This document shows, in pieces, positions 1 through 9,301 of a stretch of 64,000 nt of DNA. A program made the position numbers and the translations under genes. The number at the start of each line of letters is the position of its first letter. Within the stretch, counting starts at the first letter, position 1. This DNA is from Candidatus Pacearchaeota archaeon (GTDB taxonomy: Archaea > Nanobdellota > Nanobdellia > Pacearchaeales > GW2011-AR1). The notes beneath the pieces were generated by a model that ran no database searches, had not been told where the DNA came from, and saw only the letters and a program-made list of their open reading frames with translations. The stretch lies in NCBI GenBank assembly GCA_040879765.1, contig JBBDJQ010000002.1, positions 5 to 64,004 of the forward strand. Direction: 5' to 3'.

Positions 1-56
<56 letters not shown>

Positions 57-82
57 AATAATCCCAGGAATGCCTAACTAAT

Positions 83-229
83 TTATTTATTCAAGGTGCC
101 AATTCCAAAAAGGAGTACCAAAACAGCCCATAGGTAATTAAGTTGTCCTGACCAATCCATGAACTCAATTAGTCCCATAAGGATTCCAACAACGATAGCT
201 CCCCAGCCGAGAACTTCTTTTGAAAACAT
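83..229 (-). CDS. small hydrophobic protein (48 aa, one or two TM helices)
   Basis: ORF MFSKEVLGWGAIVVGILMGLIEFMDWSGQLNYLWAVLVLLFGIGTLNK, preceded by GGAGGTGGG Shine-Dalgarno-like motif. Not in the ORF track because it is under 60 aa. Confidence 0.3.
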   Translation of the reverse strand: MFSKEVLGWGAIVVGILMGLIEFMDWSGQLNYLWAVLVLLFGIGTLNK

Positions 230-479
230 ATTCCCACCTCCGTTTAATCAAAATATACAAGAAAGACTTATTATTAAATCTTCCGAAAATGGTTGATTAT
301 GTTCTGCCGTGTCTATTTTTATTTATGAGCAAAAAGGTTTTATAGCATCATTGAACTTTATTGGATCTGCTCTTCCTATCTACACTCTTATTGAGGTATC
401 ATTTCTATATATTGGAGGCAAAGTTTATATCATCCATCATTTTATGCAACCTTAGTTAATTTACATAAATTTCTGCGTT

Positions 480-1220
480 CTATTTCACCTTTCTGAGTTC
501 TCCAAAATTGAAGATTTCTCCATCCTTCCCAATTGCATAAGCATTGAATTTTTTCAATTCTTTTTTAGGAATTATTGAAAATTCTTTGTCTGGGTCTTCA
601 TTTTTATAATCCATATTTACAGGAGTTCCCTCAATCATTCCAAAAAAACTTGGTAGGATCAAAACTTGTTTATTTTTATATTTCCCAACTAAAAAAGATT
701 TGTATTTTTCTTTTTTTATCCCCTCGTCATCCGATAGCAAAATGGAAGGATGCAAATGTCCTGTCACAAGTGTTTTTACCTCTTTAGAAAAAATCTCAGG
801 AAAAGATTTGTGCCCATGTAAAAAAGCAATTCCAGAATCAATATGGTAATCTTCCATTTTCTTTCCAGTAAAATCAAATGTGTCGTGGTTTCCTTTTATT
901 AAAATAACATCTTCTTCTTTAACATAATTTTTTAACAAATCTAAAACTTGATTAAAATAAAATTTTTCTCTCCACTCATATCCAAAATAATGTTTTAAAT
1001 CTCCAAGGAAGATAATTTTTTTTAAAGTATAATTTTTTGATTTTGCTCTATCAAGAATTTCTTTTATATTTTCAAGTAACTCTTTTATCTGTGTTTCGGG
1101 AACCATGAACCCAGAATCTCTTAGAGCTTGTTCATAGCCAATATGCAAATCTCCAAATGCTAAAATTCCTTGCTTAGGAAAAAATGCGGTCTTTTCTATA
1201 AAAATAAATTCGTTTTCCAT
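480..1220 (-). CDS. calcineurin-like metallophosphoesterase (Lhr-associated MPE / SbcD-like, archaeal TIGR00024-type)
   Basis: Motifs GDLHIG, GDLKHY, GNHD and GHLHP. Start codon overlaps the stop of the upstream HEAT gene (translationally coupled). Confidence 0.7.
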   Translation of the reverse strand: MENEFIFIEKTAFFPKQGILAFGDLHIGYEQALRDSGFMVPETQIKELLENIKEILDRAKSKNYTLKKIIFLGDLKHYFGYEWREKFYFNQVLDLLKNYVKEEDVILIKGNHDTFDFTGKKMEDYHIDSGIAFLHGHKSFPEIFSKEVKTLVTGHLHPSILLSDDEGIKKEKYKSFLVGKYKNKQVLILPSFFGMIEGTPVNMDYKNEDPDKEFSIIPKKELKKFNAYAIGKDGEIFNFGELRKVK

Positions 1221-1606
1221 TAATCCCCCAATCTCTGCAAAGCAATCTCTGCGCTTTCAACTATTTCTGGTTCGTTTGATTTAAGAAATTTTTCTATAAG
1301 AGGCTTAACAGATTTATCTCCAAGAGTCGCCAAAGCAAGAATTGCCTCGTGCCTTACAAAAATATTTTTATCTTTTTCGATTGCTTCTTTAAGGTAAGGA
1401 ATTGCTATTTTTGGTTTTGCAATTTCTCCTAATGAAAAAGCAAATTCATGTCTTACTATGGGGGATTCGTCGGTTAGCAAAGCTTTTCCTAAATTTCTTA
1501 AAGATTCCTCTTTAATAGCATCTTCTAGCTGAAAAGCTGCCTGAATTCTTTCTTCTTTACTCCTATTTTTATCTAAAACCGCTTCATCAAATTCTTCCTC
1601 ATTCAT
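1220..1606 (-). CDS. HEAT-repeat (PBS-lyase type) protein
   Basis: Tandem repeats of the pattern ...VRHEAAFALGEIA.... 4-nt overlaps with both neighbours. Confidence 0.6.
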   Translation of the reverse strand: MNEEEFDEAVLDKNRSKEERIQAAFQLEDAIKEESLRNLGKALLTDESPIVRHEFAFSLGEIAKPKIAIPYLKEAIEKDKNIFVRHEAILALATLGDKSVKPLIEKFLKSNEPEIVESAEIALQRLGD

Positions 1607-4254
1607 CTTCTTTTTCCTCTTCTAATATGTTTTATTTGTTTAAATGGGATGTTGACAGTTTCGCTTCCTTTATTTTCTATTATTTTAATATGCTCATCAT
1701 GCATCCTCTTAAGGAACTTTTGCCTGTCCTCAATCCTAATTAAATCACTATATCCTTGGATTATTAAATTTGTTGCAAAAGGAGAAGGCAAGGGAGTTTC
1801 GCGAATATTTATTTTTAATTTCTTTTCCTTCATCCAACTAATAACAAGTTTTGCATTTTCAATGTCCATCAAGTCTTCCATAACCTCTCTTCTTGCCTCC
1901 CTTAAAATTGGAAATTCGTTTGTAATTTTTTTTACGGCATGTAATAAAAAATGGCTTTTCATATGCTGTTTACCTGCAGTTTTACTCCTACCCTTATAAT
2001 TTCTTAAAATCATCAAAGATCTCCCAGCACAATGCCTAAATCTTCTTGCAAGAACATCTGTTTTTTCTATGGCTTCTTTTAAAACTTCTTCCAGATTATC
2101 TTTGTTTATGAATTTCAGAACCTTCTCAAAATTTTCTTCTTTAGCTGCTTCGCCAGCAATGTAGAATCCATTATCATTTATTCCTATTTCAACGTCTCTT
2201 TCTCCAGCGCGACCAAGTAGAAAACCAAAAGCTCTTGATAATGCATCATTTACTCTTCTCCCATAAGTTGTATGGAAAATCAAATAGTTCTTTTCGGATT
2301 TGTATTTCTCAACTAAGAGATTGTCTCCGTCTGGAATTTCTAAAAATTTATGTTGTTCATTAAAATAATTATATATTGAGTCTGCAGTTTCTTCTCTTAC
2401 ATAAAGTTCATTTCTAATTGTTTGCTTTATTTCTTCTTTCTTAGCTTTGTTCGTAAATTTTTCATTCATTAATTTTCTAAATTTTAAAATTTCTAAACCG
2501 GAATCAAAACTTAAGGGAAGCATTTCTGAAAACCAAGAGGGGATTGTTGGCGAGAGATGTTCTGCAGAGGCAACATAAAGGTTCATTCCTCGGGTGTATC
2601 TATAGAGGTATTTTTTTCCTCCAAGAACAAATACGTCTCCTTTTTTCATTCTTTCCAAAAAACCTTCATCAACAAATCCAATTGGAACTCCATCAGAAAG
2701 TTTTACAGTTATGAAAGATTCATCTGGAATAGTTCCAATGTTTGTTAAGTATAAAACTCTTGCAAGTCTTCCTTTCTTACCAATTTCCTGTGTTTCAGGA
2801 TCATACCAAATTTTCCCATATACATTATTGCTTTCTAATTCATATTCCCCCGCAAGATAACTGATCACATCATAGAAATCGTTTTTTGTTAAATCTTTAA
2901 AACAATAACTTTTCTTTATCGTTGAAAAAAGCTCATTTGCTTTCCAAATTTTATAAATAGCCATCCCAAAAATTTGCTGTGATAAAACATCTAAACAATT
3001 CCTTGGAAAAGAAATTCTATTTATCTTTTTCTCAATCATTTCTTTTTGTATTACCGAACATTCAACTAAATCATCTCGATCTAAAACAATGAATCTTCCT
3101 TTCGCAGTTTCATGAAGTTTATGTCCTGCCCTGCCCAATCTCTGTAATGCTCTGGAAGAAGATTTTGGAGAGCCCAACATTATAACCAAATCTATGTATC
3201 CTATATCTATTCCCATTTCTAAAGAGGTTGAACAAACCACAAGTTTTAGATTTCCTTTTCTCAATCTTTCTTCTATGTCAAATCGATGTTCTCTGCTTAA
3301 AGAAGAGTGGTGTGCTGCAATATTATCTTCACCATATTCTGTTGGGAACTTATCTTTTAAGTGACTCACAACACGTTCTGTTGCTGAACGAGTATTTGTA
3401 AAAATAACCGTTGTCTTATGTTCTTGAATTAATTTTGAAAGCAAATCATACATGCTTGTAGAAATATTTTTTCCTTCTATTAAATCCCTAACAGGAGTTA
3501 AAACATCTATGTCTATTTTTTTATTTAATGGCACGCGAACATATGAGACTTCACGATTTTTTTCCTCACCAACAAGATATTTTGAAACATCTTCTATTGG
3601 TTCTACAGTTGCTGAAAGCCCTATTTTAGAAGGAAAGCTTTCACTAACTTCGTTTAATCTTTCAAGAGTCAGACTTAGATATGTTCCTCTTTTGTTATCC
3701 ATTGCATGAATTTCATCAACAATGCAAAATTCAACATTCCTTAAGTTGTCCACAAATTTTTTACTTGTTAAGACAATTGCCAAGGATTCTGGAGTTGTCA
3801 CAAAAATGTGGGGGGGTTTTCTTGCCATCTTTGCTCTTTCTGCAATAGTGGTGTCTCCTGTTCTTAAACCAACACGAATTTCTTGTAATTTTAGCCCCCT
3901 CAATTTTGCTAGGATTTGAATTTCTTCCAGAGGTTCAATTAGATTTTTATGAACATCATTACTCAATGCTTTTAAGGGGGAAGTATAGACAGCATAAATC
4001 CTGTCTTCCAACTTTCCTTTATCCGCAAGAATTACAAGCTGATTAAGGATAGAAAGAAACGCTGTTAAGGTTTTTGTGCTTCCAGTTGGGGCAGAAATTA
4101 GTATGTTTTTCCTTTTCCAAATATTCATGACTCCATACTGCTGAGTAAGTGAAAGCTCCTTGAACTTTGAGAAGAACCATTCTTTTACAAGAGGATGTAA
4201 AACTTTCTTGATTTCGTCTACACTATGTTTTTCAGCAATTTTTACTTTAGTCAT
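1603..4254 (-). CDS. lhr: Lhr-type ATP-dependent DNA helicase (superfamily 2, DEAH-like)
   Basis: Motif I APTGSTKT, motif II DEIH, motif VI QRLGRAGH. 883 aa with a long C-terminal extension typical of Lhr-core. Confidence 0.75.
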   Translation of the reverse strand: MTKVKIAEKHSVDEIKKVLHPLVKEWFFSKFKELSLTQQYGVMNIWKRKNILISAPTGSTKTLTAFLSILNQLVILADKGKLEDRIYAVYTSPLKALSNDVHKNLIEPLEEIQILAKLRGLKLQEIRVGLRTGDTTIAERAKMARKPPHIFVTTPESLAIVLTSKKFVDNLRNVEFCIVDEIHAMDNKRGTYLSLTLERLNEVSESFPSKIGLSATVEPIEDVSKYLVGEEKNREVSYVRVPLNKKIDIDVLTPVRDLIEGKNISTSMYDLLSKLIQEHKTTVIFTNTRSATERVVSHLKDKFPTEYGEDNIAAHHSSLSREHRFDIEERLRKGNLKLVVCSTSLEMGIDIGYIDLVIMLGSPKSSSRALQRLGRAGHKLHETAKGRFIVLDRDDLVECSVIQKEMIEKKINRISFPRNCLDVLSQQIFGMAIYKIWKANELFSTIKKSYCFKDLTKNDFYDVISYLAGEYELESNNVYGKIWYDPETQEIGKKGRLARVLYLTNIGTIPDESFITVKLSDGVPIGFVDEGFLERMKKGDVFVLGGKKYLYRYTRGMNLYVASAEHLSPTIPSWFSEMLPLSFDSGLEILKFRKLMNEKFTNKAKKEEIKQTIRNELYVREETADSIYNYFNEQHKFLEIPDGDNLLVEKYKSEKNYLIFHTTYGRRVNDALSRAFGFLLGRAGERDVEIGINDNGFYIAGEAAKEENFEKVLKFINKDNLEEVLKEAIEKTDVLARRFRHCAGRSLMILRNYKGRSKTAGKQHMKSHFLLHAVKKITNEFPILREARREVMEDLMDIENAKLVISWMKEKKLKINIRETPLPSPFATNLIIQGYSDLIRIEDRQKFLKRMHDEHIKIIENKGSETVNIPFKQIKHIRRGKRR

Positions 4255-4345
4255 TAGAAATCAACCTTATAGATAGAAATAATTAAAAATTAGGGTTTAA
4301 TAAATTTGCTGCAAGATTTAAAAGACTAAAAAACAATTAGATTTT

Positions 4346-4825
4346 ATGGAAAATAAAAGTGTAGGATATATTGTCCTTGGGATTGCTGTTTTGCTTATAA
4401 TAATAGTGGCACTTTTCAATTCTACCCTGAAGGAAATTGTTGAAGTCGGATGTGAAGTTGGACATGGAATTTCCTGCCCCATGTATGATTCCATAAACAA
4501 ACAAACCTACCTCTCTCTTGGAATTGTGGGATTCTTAATAATTCTTGGAATAGTATTAATCTTTACAAAGCCAAAGGAAAAAATAATTGTCAGAAAGGTT
4601 AAAGAAAAAAAGAAGAAGCTGGATGTTGGGAAACTTGATAAAAAAGAAAAGCAAATTATTGAAATTCTTGGAGATGAAAATGGAGCAATGTTTCAATCAG
4701 AACTCAAGGAAAAATTGGATGTTGGGAAGGTTGGTCTTACAAGACTTTTAGATAAACTAGAAGCAAAGCAATTGATAGAGAGAAAAAGAAGGGGAATGAA
4801 CAATATTGTTGTTTTGAAAAGTTAG
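4346..4825 (+). CDS. membrane-anchored winged-helix (MarR/TrmB-like) DNA-binding protein
   Basis: Two predicted TM helices followed by a wHTH region (SELKEKLDVGKVGLTRLLDKLEAKQLIERKRRG). Confidence 0.45.
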   Translation: MENKSVGYIVLGIAVLLIIIVALFNSTLKEIVEVGCEVGHGISCPMYDSINKQTYLSLGIVGFLIILGIVLIFTKPKEKIIVRKVKEKKKKLDVGKLDKKEKQIIEILGDENGAMFQSELKEKLDVGKVGLTRLLDKLEAKQLIERKRRGMNNIVVLKS

Positions 4826-4858
4826 AAAATTTTAAAAGTTAATAATCTATTTAGAGAT

Positions 4859-5506
4859 ATGCCATTCAAACTTTCTCCGTCTTCCTTGAATCTTATGAAA
4901 GAATGTCCTCGTTGTTTCTGGCTAACGCAGCATAAGGTGTGGAAAAGACCGACAGGGATTTTTCCAAGTCTTCCAAGTGGAATGGACAAAATTCTCAAAG
5001 AACATTTTAATAAATTTATGGATATTGGAGAGTTGCCTCCTGAATTGTACGACAATTCACATTGTGAAAATATGAAACTTTTTGACAACCATGAGATTCT
5101 TGCCATATGGCGAAGTAATTTTAAGGGAATCCAATGGGAAGATGGTAAAGGAAACATTCTCAGGGGTGCAGTTGATAATATATTAATGAAAGGAAAAAAA
5201 CTTATTGTGTTAGATTACAAGACAAGAGGCTATGCTTTAAAAGAAGATACTGCAGAACACTATCAAAATCAATTAGACATTTATAATTTCCTTCTAAGGA
5301 AAGCTGGCTATGAAACTGAAGATTACGCTTTCCTTTTATTCTATGTTCCTAGAGAAGTCACCAAAACCGGAGAGGTCATTTTTGATACGGAATTAGTAAA
5401 GATGAAGATTGATGTCAAAAATGCTGAAACAATATTTGAAAATGCAATAAGATTATTAAATTCTGATTGTCCTCAAAATAAATGTGAGTGGTGTGATGGA
5501 AGGTAA
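4859..5506 (+). CDS. Cas4-like / RecB-family PD-(D/E)xK nuclease with Fe-S cysteine cluster (DUF83-like), no CRISPR context
   Basis: N-terminal CPRC and C-terminal CPQNKCEWC cysteines. Core motifs VD...LDYK and QLDIYNFL (QhxxY). Confidence 0.6.
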   Translation: MPFKLSPSSLNLMKECPRCFWLTQHKVWKRPTGIFPSLPSGMDKILKEHFNKFMDIGELPPELYDNSHCENMKLFDNHEILAIWRSNFKGIQWEDGKGNILRGAVDNILMKGKKLIVLDYKTRGYALKEDTAEHYQNQLDIYNFLLRKAGYETEDYAFLLFYVPREVTKTGEVIFDTELVKMKIDVKNAETIFENAIRLLNSDCPQNKCEWCDGR

Positions 5507-5537
5507 AGAAAAATGCGATATCGGAATAATTAAAAAA

Positions 5538-6749
5538 TCACTGGATCTCAACACCCAATTTCTTAGAGCTTTCTTTTATCTCTTTTATTATTTTGTCTTT
5601 ATTTAGATTAAGCTCTTCTAATTTTTTCTCGGTTCTATCTTTCATATTTTTCAAATTTTCTATTTCGGATTTTAATTTCTCCCTCTTTGAATAAAGTTCA
5701 TTTGGTTTTTTTAGGAGAATTTCTTTTTTAATTTCATTTTCAAGATTAGAAATCTCCTCTTTTTTTGAATTAATGTTGCTTATTTTAATTGAAATAATAT
5801 TTTTATCATCAAGTTTTGCTTCTTTTATTAATTCAAAAATTGCCTTTCCATCATCCTTATGGAATGCCAACTCAAAATTGTTTTTGTATTCATTAACTAT
5901 ATGCATTTTTTCCTTAAATATATGATGAAAATTTCCTAAAACTTTAAAATCAACTTCCTTTCTTAAATCAAATACATCTTTGGATAATTTTTCTTTAAGG
6001 TTTTTCATATTTTCAGCCTTTTTTCGTAATTCAATGTATTTTTGGCTTTTCTTTATTCTTTCTTCTTCCTCAGAAACCTCTTTATCTTCATTTTGTCTAA
6101 TGCTTATTTCTTCATCAATAGATTTTACATCTTTCTTTATTTTTTTAATTTCTCTTTCCTTATTCTCAAGGAGATTAAGTTTTGACTTCATGGTATGGAG
6201 TCTTCTAAATCCATCAATAATATTCTTGTTTCTATCAAAAATTCCAATAATCCTACCATAAAAGTTTTTCAAAAGATTTCTTAAACTCGCCATTTCTTTC
6301 CCTATGAGAATTGTTGCCCTTTCATAGCTTTTGTATGATTTTTTATTAAATTCAGAAAAAATTGAGCTTATTTCATTAGCCACTTTTTCAAGGTTTTTGT
6401 TTTTAATACTTTTAAGACTTTCAATAAGATTTTCCAGCGATTCGATGTATTTTTTTCTCCCTTCCTCTGAAGCCCATTTAAACCTATCTTCAGCTTTTTT
6501 AGAATTAACATCAAACTCTTCAACAATTTTTATTTTTTCTTTGATATCCCCAGAGAACTCTTCTATTTCTTTTTTTATTTCTAAAAAAATCTCTCTTTCT
6601 TTTTCCTCATCTCCACTTATCTTAGATTCCACCCACTTTTCAAGGCCAAATAATGAAACCTTTTCTTTTTCAGGAATTATTTCGTTTTCAACTTTTATTT
6701 TACTAAATCTCTTTAAGAAATTAAATATTCTCATATCCAAATCAAACAT
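5538..6749 (-). CDS. K/E-rich coiled-coil protein (403 aa), function unknown
   Basis: Highly charged heptad-like composition throughout. No enzymatic motifs. Confidence 0.5.
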   Translation of the reverse strand: MFDLDMRIFNFLKRFSKIKVENEIIPEKEKVSLFGLEKWVESKISGDEEKEREIFLEIKKEIEEFSGDIKEKIKIVEEFDVNSKKAEDRFKWASEEGRKKYIESLENLIESLKSIKNKNLEKVANEISSIFSEFNKKSYKSYERATILIGKEMASLRNLLKNFYGRIIGIFDRNKNIIDGFRRLHTMKSKLNLLENKEREIKKIKKDVKSIDEEISIRQNEDKEVSEEEERIKKSQKYIELRKKAENMKNLKEKLSKDVFDLRKEVDFKVLGNFHHIFKEKMHIVNEYKNNFELAFHKDDGKAIFELIKEAKLDDKNIISIKISNINSKKEEISNLENEIKKEILLKKPNELYSKREKLKSEIENLKNMKDRTEKKLEELNLNKDKIIKEIKESSKKLGVEIQ

Positions 6750-7090
6750 GAATTGATTAAAAGTGTTTTGATTTTTTTTAAAACAAGAAGGATTTAAAAT
6801 TGGTGGTTCTTAGGGGTTTTAAGGCAAACTTTCAAGAAAAAGTAACCTTCATGCGGGGTTTAGTGGCCTTGATACTTGGTAGCATTCCATGGGTTGCAGC
6901 GATAGTTTATCTACTTGTTGATTTATCAGGGATCTGGTTTTTAGTAAAGCTTTTTAGATGAAAGTTCTTTAATTATTTTTATTTTTATATTTTTCTTTAA
7001 ATAATTTGTTTGATTACATTTGTGGCTAAACTAACCTCATGTAACTAGTTTCACCAAAGTGATTAAATAAAAACTTTTTCTGTAAGAATC

Positions 7091-7726
7091 ATGAAAAGCA
7101 AAAAGTATGATGCTGAATTTTTAGCTCAGATAGGAGTTATAATTATTCTGATGATTTTGCTGGTTTATACATTAGGCCCTTCAAAAAATTTCGGAGGAAT
7201 AGGAGTTGTATCTGCTTCATCAATTGTTCCCATAGGAACTCCTGAGATTTACGGAGAGGAATTGGGAATAAAATACGACCATGTTTCTCCAGACAACCAA
7301 AAACTTGCCAATCAGGCAATAAATCTTTTGGGAAATATTGATCGTGTTGAAAAGTTGGAAGGAGAAGAACTCGAGAGATACATTGATATCCTTTACAATA
7401 TGCATGGAGGGATATCTTGTGAGTATTGTTGCGGAGCACGTTCTGTAATTTTTTCCAATGGAGATCCTGCTTGCGGATGCGCTCATAGTTATGCAATGAG
7501 AGGCTTGACAAAATACCTTATATTGAATCATCCGGAAATTTCTGATGAAGAAATTATGACAGAAATAGGGAAGTGGAAGGTTTTATTTTTCCCGGGCATA
7601 ATTGAAGGCAAGGCCCAGGTCATGGAAACTCTCGGAATTGAAACAGATTACATAAGTCTCACAACAAATAAATACAGAGGTATAGAGAAGGGGCAAACAC
7701 AAGGAGAGATGATAGGTTCATGCTAA
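7091..7726 (+). CDS. N-terminally membrane-anchored Cys-rich protein (CEYCCG...CGCAHS)
   Basis: One N-terminal TM helix. Clustered Cys and His residues suggest metal binding. First gene of the metal island. Confidence 0.4.
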   Translation: MKSKKYDAEFLAQIGVIIILMILLVYTLGPSKNFGGIGVVSASSIVPIGTPEIYGEELGIKYDHVSPDNQKLANQAINLLGNIDRVEKLEGEELERYIDILYNMHGGISCEYCCGARSVIFSNGDPACGCAHSYAMRGLTKYLILNHPEISDEEIMTEIGKWKVLFFPGIIEGKAQVMETLGIETDYISLTTNKYRGIEKGQTQGEMIGSC

Positions 7727-7912
7727 TATTTTAAGATGAAAAAAATAAAATTAGAAAGGAGAAAACTTTTGTTATGGATTTTTATAGGGATTCTTTTGCT
7801 TGCATTGGTTTATGCAGTCTTCCTCAAAGATACAGCAATTGTAAGCAGCGTTGGACCAGGATCAACACAAGCAGCTTCGGCATATAGTGGAATGGTCGGA
7901 GGCTGTTAAAAA

Positions 7913-8362
7913 ATGAAAAAAATTTATTTATTAATTTTTTCAGCAATGATAGTCCTTGCTGTTTTTTTTATTTTTAACGCAGAAAAAGTTGAAGGTACTG
8001 AAGCAGTATATTACAAATCAATTTCCTGCGGATGTTGTGATGCCCATTCAAAATATTTAAACTCTAAAGGATTTAGTGTAAAAGTAAATAATCTTCAGAG
8101 CATAGATTCAATCAAATCTGACTTTGGAGTCCCATATGAACTACGAAGTTGTCATACAGTAATTATTGATGATTATTTTGTTGAAGGACACATCCCTCTT
8201 GAAGCAATAAATAAACTTCTTGAAGAAAAACCCAATATTAGAGGAATTGCAATGCCTGGGATGCCATCAGGAAGCCCGGGGATGCCCGGAGCTAAAACAG
8301 GGTTCTTTAAAATATATTCTGTAAATCATGACGGAAGTTATGGGGAGTTTATGGAAATTTAA
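7913..8362 (+). CDS. DUF411 / CopG-like periplasmic metal-binding protein
   Basis: Signal/TM N-terminus, CGCCDAH motif and MPGMPSGSPGMPG motif, as seen in copper-resistance DUF411 proteins. Confidence 0.6.
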   Translation: MKKIYLLIFSAMIVLAVFFIFNAEKVEGTEAVYYKSISCGCCDAHSKYLNSKGFSVKVNNLQSIDSIKSDFGVPYELRSCHTVIIDDYFVEGHIPLEAINKLLEEKPNIRGIAMPGMPSGSPGMPGAKTGFFKIYSVNHDGSYGEFMEI

Positions 8363-8876
8363 GATGAATTCAAAATTTCTTTTTTTATTATTCCTGCCAA
8401 TTTTATCTATAGATCTTGTCTCAGCACATTGTCCCTTGTGCACCCTAGGTGCTGGAGCTGCGGCTGCTGGAGCAACCTGGGCAGGAATTAGCAAAGTTGT
8501 AGTAGGATTATTTGTGGGAGCCTTTGCCATATCTCTTGGAATGTGGTTTGCAAAGGCAATCAAGAAAAAATACATCCCTTTTCAAAAAACATTTATAGTC
8601 TTAATAATTTTCATTACTACTGTGTTTCCACTGCTTCCTATTTTTAGTGCTATCGGGCCTTTATATATTTCTTTCATAGGAGAATATGGAAAAACATATG
8701 CAATTGATTATTCTTTATTCAGCAGCATTCTCGGAGGGATTATTACATTTTCTTCACCCTACATAAGCAAAAACATCTCCAAAAGAAGGATGGGAAAAAT
8801 AATTCCTTTTCAGGGAGTGATAATCACCCTTGCCTCATTAATAATAATTGGAGGAGCTATTCAGGCATTCATATAA
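8328..8876 (+). CDS. polytopic membrane protein with HCPLC motif
   Basis: Signal-like N-terminus (start is probably the internal Met near 8364). HCPLCTLGAGAAAAG followed by four or more TM helices. Confidence 0.4.
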   Translation: MTEVMGSLWKFKMNSKFLFLLFLPILSIDLVSAHCPLCTLGAGAAAAGATWAGISKVVVGLFVGAFAISLGMWFAKAIKKKYIPFQKTFIVLIIFITTVFPLLPIFSAIGPLYISFIGEYGKTYAIDYSLFSSILGGIITFSSPYISKNISKRRMGKIIPFQGVIITLASLIIIGGAIQAFI

Positions 8877-9301
8877 TGGAAATGATAATGTGGTCATTGA
8901 TAGGGATAACAGCATTGTTTTTTGTTTTATTGGCAATTAAATCATTTTTAAAATCCGAAAAATTTTGTGTAATTTGTTCTTCAGTTACGTTAACATGGAT
9001 TATGCTGCTAATATTGCATTTCATGGGGGTTTTTACAAATAAAATAATTATTGCGATTTTGATGGGGATGACTGCTTTAGGAATTTATTATGCATGGGAA
9101 AAGAAAACTAAAAATAAAAACCTGATTTTTAGATTGCCTTTGTTGTTAACGCTCATTTTTATCATATATTCTATTCTCAGCAAATTAGTTTTAGAAGGTT
9201 TGTATTTTATTATTATTTTATGGGGGTTTTTTATTTTAATTTATTTCTTTGAATTTAATAAATTTGCAAGAAAGCTTGTGGAGTGCTGCAAAAAATGGTA
9301 G
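8876..9301 (+). CDS. membrane protein with CxxC (CVICSS) adjacent to a TM helix
   Basis: 4-5 TM helices. Translationally coupled to both neighbours. Confidence 0.4.
   Translation: MEMIMWSLIGITALFFVLLAIKSFLKSEKFCVICSSVTLTWIMLLILHFMGVFTNKIIIAILMGMTALGIYYAWEKKTKNKNLIFRLPLLLTLIFIIYSILSKLVLEGLYFIIILWGFFILIYFFEFNKFARKLVECCKKW

Noticed and set aside
575-787. 70-aa plus-strand ORF inside the metallophosphoesterase gene
   Set aside because: It lies antisense to a well-supported CDS and its composition is low-complexity and hydrophobic. It is typical of spurious antisense ORFs in AT-rich DNA.
1649-3919. Several plus-strand ORFs (1649..1999, 2557..2748, 3452..3709, 3722..3919) inside lhr
   Set aside because: They are antisense to a helicase that has all SF2 motifs. 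Their translations are F/L/S/I-rich junk.
5980-6756. ORFs 5980..6261 and 6331..6756 (S/F/L-rich)
   Set aside because: They are antisense translations of the K/E-rich coiled-coil gene, in which GAA/AAG codons read on the opposite strand give TTC/CTT, i.e. Phe/Leu/Ser.
7143-7531. Two minus-strand ORFs overlapping 7091..7726
   Set aside because: The plus-strand product has a TM anchor and an ordered Cys cluster. The minus-strand products have no features and overlap each other.
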